Source: an uncultured Gemmatimonadales bacterium (GTDB taxonomy: Bacteria > Gemmatimonadota > Gemmatimonadetes > Gemmatimonadales > Gemmatimonadaceae). Taken from it: DNA of 64,000 bases. The stretch is taken from assembly GCA_963701965.1 (NCBI GenBank), contig OY969695.1, positions 3,744,001-3,808,000 of the forward strand. Reading direction: 5' to 3'. The notes beneath the pieces are model-generated. The model was given only the letters and a program-made list of their open reading frames with translations. It searched no databases and was not told the origin of the DNA. Of the stretch, positions 38,761-49,095 are shown piece after piece (positions within the stretch are counted from its first letter, which is position 1; every line of letters begins with the position of its first letter). A program made the translations under genes and the position numbers.

Positions 38761-39269
38761 TATTGCACTCCGTGTAGGTTCGCCTGAGTGGTATGATGCC
38801 AATGAAGCGGGAGCACTGCGGTGCGATGTGACAGTCTAAGCACAATGTATATCGCATTGTACGATGCGCTTCACGATCATTTAGTTGTTACGCGGAAGAG
38901 ATGCGCGAACAGTCCATTCATAGCAAGCAGCACGGGTGTTGAATAAGTCCAAGCTTGCAGATTGGCAAGCGATGGAAGCAGTGCGCAGCGTGTATGGCCA
39001 CCGAATAGAGAACGGCGGTTGATGATCGCCGCCGTCATCGCCTGGGGGGCGGACGTCGAGGACAGAGACGCCGGCGCGTCCCTTGCTCGGCGTACTCCGT
39101 GACGGTCCGTTGCGCCGGCACTCTGAGCATGCGGTCATAGAACTTTGACCAGTTCGGGGAGCGCTCGTGATGAGGCAGGTGTCGACCAACGCCGTCGCGG
39201 GTAGTCGAGCGCCGTGTGCGAGACGCAACGCGCGGTCGATCGACGTTCGTAGATCCGGAGGCACGGTGG

Positions 39270-39636
39270 AGCTGTCGATTGGCGCGTCGATGTCAACGGT
39301 TTCCAGTATGGCGAGCAACTGTCGCTGCTTGTCGTCGAGCGCCGCGAGGAGCGCGTCCCGCGTCAGCGGGCCGACATAGTGCTCGTGTCGGCGCGTCCAA
39401 TCGACGCTTTTCGTCGCTAGCGCCGCACTGTAGACGCCGCGCGCACAGACGACGTGCCGCAGTTGCTTGCAAAACGGCGCGAAACCGTCGCCAATGCGAT
39501 GCAGGGCCGCCGCACGGCCAGGCTTGCCGGGAGGGGCCGGCGTGAAGTGCCACTGGTCCTCGGGGACCGCCCGCGCGAAATCGGCGGTCAGGCGGTGGAG
39601 CATCGTGCTGTACCGCGCAAAGTCATCAATCGACAT
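39270..39636 (-). pseudogene. DinB family protein, 3'-truncated (contains repeat B copy 2)
   Basis: AVPEDQWHF.P, PFCKQLRHVVC; protein-like sequence ends near DIDAPID, final His motif missing, ORF runs into unrelated sequence. Confidence 0.65.
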
Positions 39637-39666
39637 AGGCGCTCGTGCTCGTCACGTAATCGGGCC

Positions 39667-40207
39667 TCAGTCTCCCTTCACCGCCGTACCGAACAGCTGA
39701 CCGAGCTCGCGGAGCGCTTTGCGCGACTCGAATGCAAATAGGCCGATGGTCATGAGGCCGGCCCAGGCCAGCATCACAAACGGGATGATGAGCAGTGGGT
39801 CGCGCCCGCCGGTCGCGAACGCGTACACCACCACGAGGCAGCCGACGATCACGGCGCCAAACCAGAATGATCGTGAAGATGCGAGCGGGGAGCGGGAGTG
39901 GCGATAGCGTGATGGTGCCGTCCACCCTCGTGGTGTCGCCCGCTGAGACAAGCCGACCGCGAATGACTGGTCGGACGCTGTTCCGATAGCCGATGATTCG
40001 CCAGATCTCAAAGCTCGTCTCGTCGAGACGCCCCTCGAACGGGCGCGCGCCAGCCGAGCGTTGCAATTGTTCGGGCTCGATCGCGGCCGCCAGGCGGGCG
40101 CGCGCCGAGGCTAGCGGCAGCGGAGCGTCGATCACGAAACGACGGACCCGAATGAGCGCTGTCCGCGGGGACACGACCCGTACCGGCGCCGGCGTGACCG
40201 TTGACAT
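39667..40207 (-). CDS. Hypothetical membrane protein, +1 frameshift at 39866-39867
   Basis: ATGA overlap with the RM gene; RIIGYRNSVRPVIRG; removing one base gives a 179-aa ORF with two TM helices. Confidence 0.65.
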
Positions 40208-42675
40208 CACGTGTTCACCCCCGTAATTCGATAAGCGTTCCTCGCGCATCGCAGCGACTCTTCCGCCCTATCGACGGCCGTCCGGTACTCGGCCTCGGCG
40301 GTTCGCAGTGCCGCGGAAATTGCGCGTTGCTGGTCGACGCCGCCAGCGAGATCGACGACGATCGACTTGACGTGTTCGGGAGTCAATTCGATCAGGCCGG
40401 TAGAGCCCGTGAACTGTCGCTCGATTTGCGCCGCCCCGAATCCGCACCGCAGGTAGTCGGACAGATACTCGGGGAGGACCTCGTCCGCCCTGACACGCAC
40501 GACGGTCACGTGCCCGTCTGCGATCGCGGGGCGATCAGAATCGTAGACACAGCTCTTTCCCAGCGTCCCATCGCCGGTGGACGCGATCAGCACGTCGCCG
40601 CGCCGCACGATGTGGGCGGGCGATTGCTCCTCGAACACGTTCTTCTCGATATAGTCGCCGTCCGTGACCAGCTCGCCGAAACGCGAGATGTTGCTCCCAG
40701 CCTTCACGACCAGCGCGTACCCATCGTCTTCGTCGACATACAGATCCGCGGGAGGACTCTTGCCCCGGCCCGTCGCGATGGTGTTCAACTCCGCGATCGA
40801 CTTCCCGCCTGCGGCCCGCACGGCGGCGATCTGTTGGCGAATCTCCGGATCCCAGTACTTGTAGTCCAGACGGGCATCGGCGCTAGCCACGATCTCCTTC
40901 GTCGACACGTCGTACGCGCTCCACATATAGCCCGACCGCTCGCCACAGCCCGCTTTGCCCACGATGCTATCGGAAGCCTCTCGCAGCAGCCTCTCGAAGT
41001 CGAAGTTCCGCAACGCGTCGCCGGACCCGGCGTAACCCAACGACTGGACGTCCGCGAAGGTGACCGGCGCATCGTCGTCGCCGTCGACGTCGTCGGTCTC
41101 CCGACGTTGCAAGTATAAGACACTGGCTTTGACGTTGATCTTGTTCGGCTTGAACGTCTCATCCGGTAAGCGCACCACCGCCACAACGCGACACTTGGTG
41201 AGCAGCCATCGCCGAAGGCCGGCCGCACCCTCGGTATTCAGCACTCCTTCGTCAATGACGGTGCAGATCTGACCACCGTGCTTCGTGCACCGCACCATCT
41301 TCTGCAGAAAAAGATGCTGCCCTTTTGTGCTGCGGATCGGGTATTCCGACAGATCCCCGCTGGGAAGCGAGTCCGCCTCGGATGTGCCGAACGGCGGGTT
41401 GGTCAAGACGATATCGACATCCGGGTTCTTGGTCTCCCAGATGCGCGCGCTCGCCGCAAGCGTGTCCTCGGCCCGAATGTTCGTATGTCCATCGCCGGCG
41501 ATGATCATGTTCATCTTCGCTGCCGCCGCGACCCCCTCGTTGGCGTCCGCGCCGAAGAAGGTGTATCGCCCGATCTTGGCGGAGATATCGTCGAAAGCCT
41601 GTCTCGTGATCTGCCGACTATCGTACCTGTCCTGCAGCACGCGCTGCGCGTCCTTCATCATGAGCACCAAAAATCCGCCGGTGCCGCACGCAGGGTCGAG
41701 CACCTTGACCGAGGAACCAGCGAGCAAAGAGTTGACTATTTGCTGGCGTCCGATGAGGCACGCCATCAGCTCGACCAGGGGTCGAGGCGTGAAGTACTGA
41801 CCCAATTTCTTCCCTTTGAGCGTAGCGCGTACGAAGTACTCGAACGCCGCGCCCTTCGTATCCAGACCGCTGTCCTGGAATGAAACCGCGGCCAACTGCT
41901 CGATGATGTAGCGAAAAGTCCGCGGCTTGTTGAGATGGATGTCGTCGCCCAGCACATCGCCGAACGTCGCATGCTGTCTGATCCCGGCGATCATCGCGAG
42001 GACCGCGTCCTTGACCTGATCACTGTCCGACACCGGCCGACTCGCCAGTTCGTGAAATCGATACGAGTAGGGAAGCGTGAAGTCCGAGGTGTCCGCCTTC
42101 TCTTCGAGCAGTTTGAGAAAAAGGAGCTTGGCGAAGTCGGCAAAAGCTTCGTCCTCGTTCTTTTCGATCTTTCGGATCGTGTTATGGCACCGGGCGAAGA
42201 GCGCGTTGAGCTGCTTGAGCGCTAGTCCGGGCCGGAACGGAAGACTCGTATCGCCGTCCAGCGGGAGCCCACCGGCCTCGAGGTGGACCATGACAGCAGG
42301 CACTTGCGCCTTGGCCGGGATACGATCGACGAGCGCCCCCTGTATGGGAGCCCGCGTAGCGACATTGAAGCTCTGCATTGCCGCGCCGTTGGTGACCACC
42401 ACGAACGGCACCGCCATCGCCGCCCCATACGCCAGCGCCTGGTCCCGATCCTTCGCCGTCAGCGTCTTCGACGATCGCTTTGCTTCGATGAGAAACAAAG
42501 GCTTTGGTTTGCCACACGTCACCAGGATGTCGACGTAGCCCCTGGCATACCGGTCAGAGTTGGCGACCGGCGTCTCGAATGCGAGGTCCTTGACGGCGTC
42601 GTAGCCCCGGCGCGCGAGATAGGGCAAGATCTTCTTGATGACGGTCTCCGTCTCCGAGGGCCTCTGGCCACGCAT
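40207..42675 (-). CDS. Single-polypeptide restriction-modification enzyme (HsdR_N-like nuclease + N6-adenine MTase + one TRD; type IIG-like)
   Basis: GYVDILV..IEAKR and VVTNG; GQYFTPR, VLDPACGTGGFL, TNPPF; TRD GDVLIASTG..GSTG plus terminal coiled coil. Confidence 0.88.
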   Translation of the reverse strand: MRGQRPSETETVIKKILPYLARRGYDAVKDLAFETPVANSDRYARGYVDILVTCGKPKPLFLIEAKRSSKTLTAKDRDQALAYGAAMAVPFVVVTNGAAMQSFNVATRAPIQGALVDRIPAKAQVPAVMVHLEAGGLPLDGDTSLPFRPGLALKQLNALFARCHNTIRKIEKNEDEAFADFAKLLFLKLLEEKADTSDFTLPYSYRFHELASRPVSDSDQVKDAVLAMIAGIRQHATFGDVLGDDIHLNKPRTFRYIIEQLAAVSFQDSGLDTKGAAFEYFVRATLKGKKLGQYFTPRPLVELMACLIGRQQIVNSLLAGSSVKVLDPACGTGGFLVLMMKDAQRVLQDRYDSRQITRQAFDDISAKIGRYTFFGADANEGVAAAAKMNMIIAGDGHTNIRAEDTLAASARIWETKNPDVDIVLTNPPFGTSEADSLPSGDLSEYPIRSTKGQHLFLQKMVRCTKHGGQICTVIDEGVLNTEGAAGLRRWLLTKCRVVAVVRLPDETFKPNKINVKASVLYLQRRETDDVDGDDDAPVTFADVQSLGYAGSGDALRNFDFERLLREASDSIVGKAGCGERSGYMWSAYDVSTKEIVASADARLDYKYWDPEIRQQIAAVRAAGGKSIAELNTIATGRGKSPPADLYVDEDDGYALVVKAGSNISRFGELVTDGDYIEKNVFEEQSPAHIVRRGDVLIASTGDGTLGKSCVYDSDRPAIADGHVTVVRVRADEVLPEYLSDYLRCGFGAAQIERQFTGSTGLIELTPEHVKSIVVDLAGGVDQQRAISAALRTAEAEYRTAVDRAEESLRCARNAYRITGVNT

Positions 42676-44001
42676 TACAACGCCCCCTTTCCCTTGATCT
42701 CCAGATACCGGTTGATGATCGCCGCCGTCATCGCTTGCGGGCGGACGTCGAGGACCGAGACGCCGGCGCGCCGCATCCGCTCCAGCGCCTCGTCTCGCGC
42801 CGAGAGAAGCTCTTCCGCGGCCGCCGTCTCGTAGATCGCCTGCGTCGTCGCGCGGCCCGTCGGCGTCGCGGCGGCGACCAGCGCGTCGTTCCGGAGCGCG
42901 ACGACGAGCGGGAGGTGGACCCGCGTGCCGTGCGTCGCCAGCGTCAACAGGGCGCGGGAGGCGCGGACGTCGATCACGTCCGTGTACAGGACGAGCAACG
43001 AGCGCCGGCGGACCCGCGCGGCCAAAGTGCGGAACGCCGCCGCATAGTCCGGTTCCGTCATCGTCGCCTGGACCGGCACCAACGCATCGCGAATGAGCGG
43101 CAGCGCCGCCGTCCCGCGCGTCGGCGGCACGAACGCCCGCACCGCGTCATCAAACAGCAAGAGCCCCACGGAGTCGCCCGTGCGCGCCGCGATGTTCGCC
43201 AACACCAACGCCGAGGACAGCGCGTACTCGAACCGGGGCAGGGGACCCGCCAGCTGCGTCATGAGCCGCCCCGCATCGATCAAGATCATCACCGTCTGTC
43301 CCTGCTCGATCGAATACTCCCGCGAGATCAGCCGCCGGCGTCGCGCCGTCGCCTTCCAGTCCACATGCCGCGGATCATCCCCCACCATGTAGTCGCGCAA
43401 TCCCGCGAACGCCGTCCCCTCGCCCCGGCGGCGCCACACCCGTACCCCCATCTCCCGCAACCGCATCGGCAGCGTCCGCAACTCGTACCGCCGGAGATCC
43501 GCGATCGATGGGATCACCGTCAGACGATCCCCCCCCCAGCCGGTAGCGAAGACTGCGGTCGATCCATCCCAACGGCCCCCGCACCCGCAGCACCAACGGT
43601 CCCAGCGCGAAATCCCCCCGCGTCCGCCCGGTGAGCGATACCGGGATCGCCGTCTCGCCCCGCGGCGCGATCGCGAACGGGATCGGGCCCGTCCCCGCGC
43701 GCTCCACGGCGGGCGGCAGCGCATCGTAGACCGCGCCCACCACGCGGAGCGGCCACGACGAGCGGAGCACGTACCGGGCCCCGACCGCGTCCCCGATGCC
43801 CACGGTCCCCACCAAATCGCGGTCCACGGCGATCGCCCGCCATCCCGGCGTCATCGCGATGTCGACCAGGCATCCCACCACGATGGCCAACCCCACGATC
43901 AACGGCGCCACCCCAAACCCGTACGCCGCCAGTACCCACACCGGCGCCGTCAGGAGCACCACGCCCGCCAATCGCCGCGTCGGCGTGACGGGGATCATCA
44001 T
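42675..44001 (-). CDS. DUF58 (vWA-associated) protein, +1 frameshift in G9 run at 43529-43537
   Basis: GEGTAFAGLRDY..GDDPRHVDWKATAR, IDAGRLM; removing one G gives a 441-aa ORF. Confidence 0.85.
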
Positions 44002-44960
44002 TGCGGCGCCGGCACCCGCGTCAAGATCGCCGCCAGCACCTCGTCCGCCGTCCGACCCTCGACATCCAGCTCCGGCGCCACCAGCAACCGGTGCCGCAAC
44101 ACCGCCGGCGCCAGATCCTTCACATCGTCGGGCGTCACGAAGTCACGGCCTGCCACGAGCGCCGCACCGCGCGCCGCCCGAAACAACGCCACCGTCGCCC
44201 GCGGCGATCCCCCCAGGGTGAGACCGGTGTCGTCGCGCGTCGCCCGCACGATCGCGGCGATGTACTGCCGCACCTCCGGCGCCACCGTGACTCCGTCTAC
44301 GGCCCGGCGCAGCGCCTCGCATCCCGCCGCGTCGACCACCGGCGCGATCGGCCGATCGCCCAACCGATCCGCATCGAACCCCTCGACATACCGGTCCAGG
44401 ATCGCCACCTCGGCATCCGCCGCCGGATACCCCACATTCACCTTGAGGAGAAACCGGTCCAACTGCGCTTCCGGCAGCGGAAACGTCCCCTCGTATTCGA
44501 CCGGGTTCTGCGTCGCGAACACCGTGAACAACGATCCCAGCGGCCGCGTCGCCCCGTCCGTTGTCACCTGCCGCTCCTGCATGGCCTCGAGCAATGCCGC
44601 CTGCGTCTTGGCCGGCGCCCGGTTGATCTCGTCCGTCAACAAGAGATCGGTGAACACCGGCCCCGCGCGAAACTCGAACGCCCGCGATGCCTCGCTGAAC
44701 ACACTGATGCCCGTGACGTCCGACGGCATGAGGTCCGGCGTGAATTGAATCCGCCCGAACCGGGCGCCGAGCGCCTCCGCCAGACTGCGCACCAGCAACG
44801 TCTTGGCCGTCCCCGGGACCCCCTCGATCAGCGCATGCCCCCGCGCCAAGAACGCGACCAGGATCTCATCGATCACCGCGTTCTGGCCGATCACCCGTTG
44901 GGCGACCGACTCGCGGACCCGCGTGAGCGTGATGGCAATGCCTTGGGCGTCTACGGTCAA
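43998..44960 (-). CDS. moxR: MoxR family AAA+ ATPase
   Basis: GHALIEGVPGTAKT, RIQFTPDLMPSD, DEINRAPAKTQAALLEAM, ATQNPVEYEGT, LDRF; TTG start overlapping upstream stop. Confidence 0.93.
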   Translation of the reverse strand: MTVDAQGIAITLTRVRESVAQRVIGQNAVIDEILVAFLARGHALIEGVPGTAKTLLVRSLAEALGARFGRIQFTPDLMPSDVTGISVFSEASRAFEFRAGPVFTDLLLTDEINRAPAKTQAALLEAMQERQVTTDGATRPLGSLFTVFATQNPVEYEGTFPLPEAQLDRFLLKVNVGYPAADAEVAILDRYVEGFDADRLGDRPIAPVVDAAGCEALRRAVDGVTVAPEVRQYIAAIVRATRDDTGLTLGGSPRATVALFRAARGAALVAGRDFVTPDDVKDLAPAVLRHRLLVAPELDVEGRTADEVLAAILTRVPAPQ

Positions 44961-46177
44961 GGTCCGAGTATCCGGTCGAGGTGATCGATCGCGTCGCCGG
45001 CCGCCAACAGCTCGGCCGGCGTCAATTGACGCTGCTCCCCATCCAATATGCGCTCCACGTACGCCCGGGCCTCCGGGTGTCGCTGCGTCACCGCGGCCAG
45101 GTACGCCGCGTCGCCCGCGGCCGGCCGCGCGTGCCGGCGCCGGAGACCGCGGACTAGCCGATGCACCGCCGTGCGCGTGGCGCCGACCTTCGCGTACGCC
45201 CGCGCCAGCGCGTCGACATGCTCCAACGCCGACCGGCGCTCGATGCGCGCCCGCGCGGCCGGCGCCACCGGCCGCCAGGCCGCGGCCGCCAACAGCACGA
45301 GCCCGGCGATGACCACCTGCAACATCGCGCGCCCCCACGACGTGTCGGCCAGAAACTGTTCCGTGGCCTGCGTCCAGTCCGCGCGCGCGACTTGGTCGAA
45401 GTGAAACTCGTCGAACACCAGCGGCCGCCGCGCGCCGGGTCCTCCCGACGCATACTCCAACATGCGGACCGCCTGTGGTCCCAAGCCCCAGCCGCACACG
45501 CGAATGACGTCGTTCCGCAGGAGATCCGCGTCGGCCAGCTCGACGACGCGGCCCGCCCCCAGCGGGACACCGAGCGCCGCCGGCTTGATGCGCCGCGCCT
45601 TGGCGCTGTCCGGGTCGGTCTTCACGGTCACGAACACGCTCGTGTCCGCGTCCCACGCCCGGCCCGGCACCAGCCAAAACAAGTGCACCAGTCCATCCAA
45701 CCAGGAGATCTGCGACGCGCCCATGTCCGCCGGGCACGCCGGCGCCTCCGGCGCCACCGCGATCGGCACCATGGTGCCCCCGGCATTCGACGCCCGCACG
45801 TGCAGCGAGTCGTTGAGCTCCGACCCCGCTTCCACCACCGTGACGAGCCCCGCCCCCCGGCGCACCGCGTCCAAGAGCGCGTGCACCTCCACCGCCGTCA
45901 ACGGCATCGGAGGCGCGAGGACCAGATAGACCCGGCTCGAATCGAGCCGTCCCGCGAACCGCGTGTGGCTCCGGCTCACCGGCCATCCCAGACGGTGCGC
46001 CACCTCGTACAGCCCCTGGGCTCCCGCCGGCGTCGTCGACGTCGTCGTGAGCGGGCCCACCCGATCGAACGTGGTATTCGTCTGCGGCGAGAGCAATAGC
46101 ACCGCCACCAGCGCCGCCAGCAGCACCGGAATGGCGACACGGGGCCGGAGCCAGCCCGTGTTGCCGTTGGCCGTCAC
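44957..46177 (-). CDS. DUF4350 domain protein
   Basis: N-terminal TM, PAGAQGLYE, GAGRVV, LVFDEFH, second TM, LEHVDALARAY; operon position. Confidence 0.8.
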   Translation of the reverse strand: MTANGNTGWLRPRVAIPVLLAALVAVLLLSPQTNTTFDRVGPLTTTSTTPAGAQGLYEVAHRLGWPVSRSHTRFAGRLDSSRVYLVLAPPMPLTAVEVHALLDAVRRGAGLVTVVEAGSELNDSLHVRASNAGGTMVPIAVAPEAPACPADMGASQISWLDGLVHLFWLVPGRAWDADTSVFVTVKTDPDSAKARRIKPAALGVPLGAGRVVELADADLLRNDVIRVCGWGLGPQAVRMLEYASGGPGARRPLVFDEFHFDQVARADWTQATEQFLADTSWGRAMLQVVIAGLVLLAAAAWRPVAPAARARIERRSALEHVDALARAYAKVGATRTAVHRLVRGLRRRHARPAAGDAAYLAAVTQRHPEARAYVERILDGEQRQLTPAELLAAGDAIDHLDRILGP

Positions 46178-46782
46178 GCGGCCGCCCGTGCCAGCTCGGG
46201 ATCCAATCGTCCCGCCAACGCCGCCAACGTCTCGAAGCGCGCCCGGTCACACGTGCCCAGACCGTAGACCACGACCTCGTAGCTGCGCGCGAAATCTCGA
46301 AACGGCCCCCACGCCGCCGGACCCGCGGTGCGCAGATCCCGCGCGTAATCGCCGGCGGTCTTGGACGGATCGAGCCGCAGCGACGTGCGCGCGGCCACGC
46401 GCGCCAGGAGCGCCGAATAGAGCGCGTGCGCCGCCTCGGTGTAGCGACCCTGCGCCGCCAGCGCCTGGGCCTCGACCCACGGGTCCAGCGCCGGCACGTG
46501 CCGCTCGCCCCACAAGCGGCCGCGGGTGCTGGCCCCCGGCAGATAGGCGATGACGAACAAGCGCGCCAGCGCCGCCAGGATGAGCATGAGGGCGAGAATG
46601 GCCAGCGCCCATCGCACGCCGTCCGATTCGTGAATCCCCCGGACCAAAGGTGTCAACCAGTGGAGGAGCCACGTGACGGCGCGACCGAACAGCGATTCGG
46701 TCGCGGTCCGATCGTACGCGTGCTGGCGGAAGACGGCGGCGATCGTGTCCCGGATCGCCGTCGTCCCGATGGGGCCTGGCAG
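46174..46782 (-). CDS. DUF4129 domain protein (start uncertain)
   Basis: AQALAAQGRYTEAAHALY, SKTAGDY, YEVVVYG; operon position. Confidence 0.75.
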   Translation of the reverse strand: MPGPIGTTAIRDTIAAVFRQHAYDRTATESLFGRAVTWLLHWLTPLVRGIHESDGVRWALAILALMLILAALARLFVIAYLPGASTRGRLWGERHVPALDPWVEAQALAAQGRYTEAAHALYSALLARVAARTSLRLDPSKTAGDYARDLRTAGPAAWGPFRDFARSYEVVVYGLGTCDRARFETLAALAGRLDPELARAAA

Positions 46783-46787
46783 AGCGG

Positions 46788-47576
46788 CTACGCGGTTTGT
46801 GGCGCGGCCGACACGTGCTGCGCCATCAGCTGGATATCGAATCCCTCTTTGCGGATCCGCGCGTCGTAGTAGAGCAGCGTGGAGACGATGGGGATGATCG
46901 GACCGATGACGATGAGGCCGAGGGCCACGAGGCACGTCGACAGAATGGGAAGGTGCGCCTGCGTGCCGATCCACATCCCCGCTGCAAAGACAATGAAATA
47001 GGCCACTACGTAGAGCAGGATCGTCAGGAACGCCGTCCAGAAAATGTGCCACTTGATGCCCGATGAGAGCGTGGCCGACCGCCCGAACGCCGCGGCGACA
47101 CCGGCATTCTCGACCGCGACCGCCGAGGGCACCGCGAAGACGCGGCACGCGATGAGGAAACCGGGGATCAAGAAGAACAAAAACCCGAGGGAGACCCAGA
47201 ACGTCGCCAGGATGTAGGCGATCGCCATCGGCGTCGCCCGCGGGAGCGCGCGTTGCACGAGCGCTCCGATGTCGATCGGCTGGCCGAGGAACGCGTCGCT
47301 GCTCGCCATGAACATCGCGGTATGGATGATGGCACTCCAAACGACCGTCAGCAGAAACGCCAGGAATGACGAGCCGGGGTGGAACGAGCCCGGCGCCGGG
47401 GGCGTCAACAGGGAAGCGTTGCCGATCATCAGCGTCGGGGTGAGCACTGCCTGCACGGCGATGATCGGGATGATGAGCAGTGCCGACAGCGTGAAGAACA
47501 CCGTGAAATCATTGCGCAACAACCGAATGCCGGCGTCGATCAACTCCGTGGACGAGCGCGCGCGGTACGCGGACAC
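46788..47576 (-). CDS. Membrane protein of MoxR/DUF58 operon (GDPD-membrane-domain-like)
   Basis: RARSSTELID, AFGRSATL, TLLYYDARIRKEGFDI; GGAGG RBS. Confidence 0.8.
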   Translation of the reverse strand: MSAYRARSSTELIDAGIRLLRNDFTVFFTLSALLIIPIIAVQAVLTPTLMIGNASLLTPPAPGSFHPGSSFLAFLLTVVWSAIIHTAMFMASSDAFLGQPIDIGALVQRALPRATPMAIAYILATFWVSLGFLFFLIPGFLIACRVFAVPSAVAVENAGVAAAFGRSATLSSGIKWHIFWTAFLTILLYVVAYFIVFAAGMWIGTQAHLPILSTCLVALGLIVIGPIIPIVSTLLYYDARIRKEGFDIQLMAQHVSAAPQTA

Positions 47577-47614
47577 GAGGCCTCCAGGAGGAGAGAGTGA
47601 CGGCTAAGATCGCT

Positions 47615-47902
47615 TCAAATGGAGTCCGCGTCCATATGAGGATAGCGCGCCTCGCACTCGTCCCAGAGCCACGCGGCCAGGATGTAGCCAACCGCGGCGC
47701 AGGCCGCCAGCAGACCCATGACCGCCGTCCAGACGATGCCCCGCGCGCTCAAGATGTGATACGCGACCGTGACCACGCCGCACGGCAGACCCCAGGCGAC
47801 GACGCCATAGCGCCAGAGAAACGCCGTCCGCCCTCCGGCGCGCAGCCGCGTCCAGCGGGCCAACGCGTCGGGATGCGCCGCATCAGGCCACGGAACGCTC
47901 AG
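47615..47902 (-). CDS. Small hypothetical membrane protein (start uncertain)
   Basis: W..LRAGG..FLWRYGVVAWGLP; two TM segments. Confidence 0.5.
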   Translation of the reverse strand: MSVPWPDAAHPDALARWTRLRAGGRTAFLWRYGVVAWGLPCGVVTVAYHILSARGIVWTAVMGLLAACAAVGYILAAWLWDECEARYPHMDADSI

Positions 47903-49071
47903 CGGAGCACCGCCTTGGCGATCGTCTGCAGTTGCATGTTCGACGTCCCTTCGTAGATCGTCCCGATCTTCGCATCGCGATAGAACTTCTCGACGGGATA
48001 CTCGGTCGTGTACCCATAGCCGCCGAACAGCTCGACGCAGAGCGACGTGACGTGCTCGCAGACCTGCGACGAGAAGAGCTTGGCCATGGCCCCTTCGCGC
48101 ACGATGTCCTGCCCGGCATCCTTGAGTCGCGCCGCGTTGTACACCATGAGCCGCGCCGCCTCGAGCTCCGTCGCCGCCTGCGCGATCTGGAACTGAATCC
48201 CCTGAAACTCCGCCAGCGGCTTGCCGAACTGGTGCCGCTCTTTCAGGTAACCCACCGCCGCCGCCAACGCGCCGCCCGCCACGCCGATCATCTGGGCGCC
48301 GATCCCGATGCGACCGCCATTCAGGGTCTCGATGGCGATCTTGTATCCTTGGCCCACGGGCCCCAAGACGTTCGCGGCGGGGACGACACAGTCGTCGAGT
48401 ATGAGCTCGACGGTGCTCGACGCCCGAATGCCGAGCTTGTCCTCGCGCTTCCCGACGGAGAATCCCTTGAAATCGCGCTCGACGATGAAGGCGGTGATCC
48501 CGCGATAGCCCTGCGCGGGGTTCGTGTTCGCGAAGATCACGAACACGGCCGCTTCGCCGCCGTTCGTGATCCACATCTTCCGGCCGTTGAGGACCCAGGC
48601 ATCGCCCCGCCGCTCGGCGACCGTAGCCAAGCCGAACGCATCGGAGCCGGAGCCCGCCTCGGACAAGGCGTAGGCGCCGACGTCCGCGCTGACGAGCCGC
48701 GGGAGATACTGGGCTTTTTGCGCCTCTGATCCGTAGCGGACGATGGGATAGTTGGCCAACGTGTTCTGCACGTCGACCATGATCGCGGCCGCGGCGTCCA
48801 CCTGACTGAGGGTTTCGACGGCTAGCGCAACCATGGTCATGGTCCCGCCGGCGCCGCCATACTGCTCCGGGACTTCGATCCCCATGAGCCCGAGCTCGAA
48901 GTACTTGGGGATGAGGTCGGGGTCGATCCGCCCCGCGGATTCCATCGCCCGCACGCGCGGGCGGACCTCGGTTTCCGCGAAAGCCGACACGGCGTCGCGG
49001 AACATGATCTCCTCGTCGGAGAACGTCGTCAGGGCGGGTCGGGCGAGGGCAGTCTCAGTCTGGCTGGTCAT
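47899..49071 (-). CDS. Acyl-CoA dehydrogenase (short/branched-chain type)
   Basis: ALSEAGSGSD, GRKMWITNG, KLGIRASST, RHQFGKPL..FQ, YRDAKIGTIYEGTSNMQ. Confidence 0.95.
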   Translation of the reverse strand: MTSQTETALARPALTTFSDEEIMFRDAVSAFAETEVRPRVRAMESAGRIDPDLIPKYFELGLMGIEVPEQYGGAGGTMTMVALAVETLSQVDAAAAIMVDVQNTLANYPIVRYGSEAQKAQYLPRLVSADVGAYALSEAGSGSDAFGLATVAERRGDAWVLNGRKMWITNGGEAAVFVIFANTNPAQGYRGITAFIVERDFKGFSVGKREDKLGIRASSTVELILDDCVVPAANVLGPVGQGYKIAIETLNGGRIGIGAQMIGVAGGALAAAVGYLKERHQFGKPLAEFQGIQFQIAQAATELEAARLMVYNAARLKDAGQDIVREGAMAKLFSSQVCEHVTSLCVELFGGYGYTTEYPVEKFYRDAKIGTIYEGTSNMQLQTIAKAVLR

Positions 49072-49095
49072 GCCCGGAAAGCTAACGAAGGGCCG

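Noticed and set aside
39060..39200. Minus-strand peptide PNWSKFYDRMLRVPAQRTV resembling a glutathione S-transferase C-terminus
   Set aside because: Too short, with no start or remaining domain; cannot be supported without a search.
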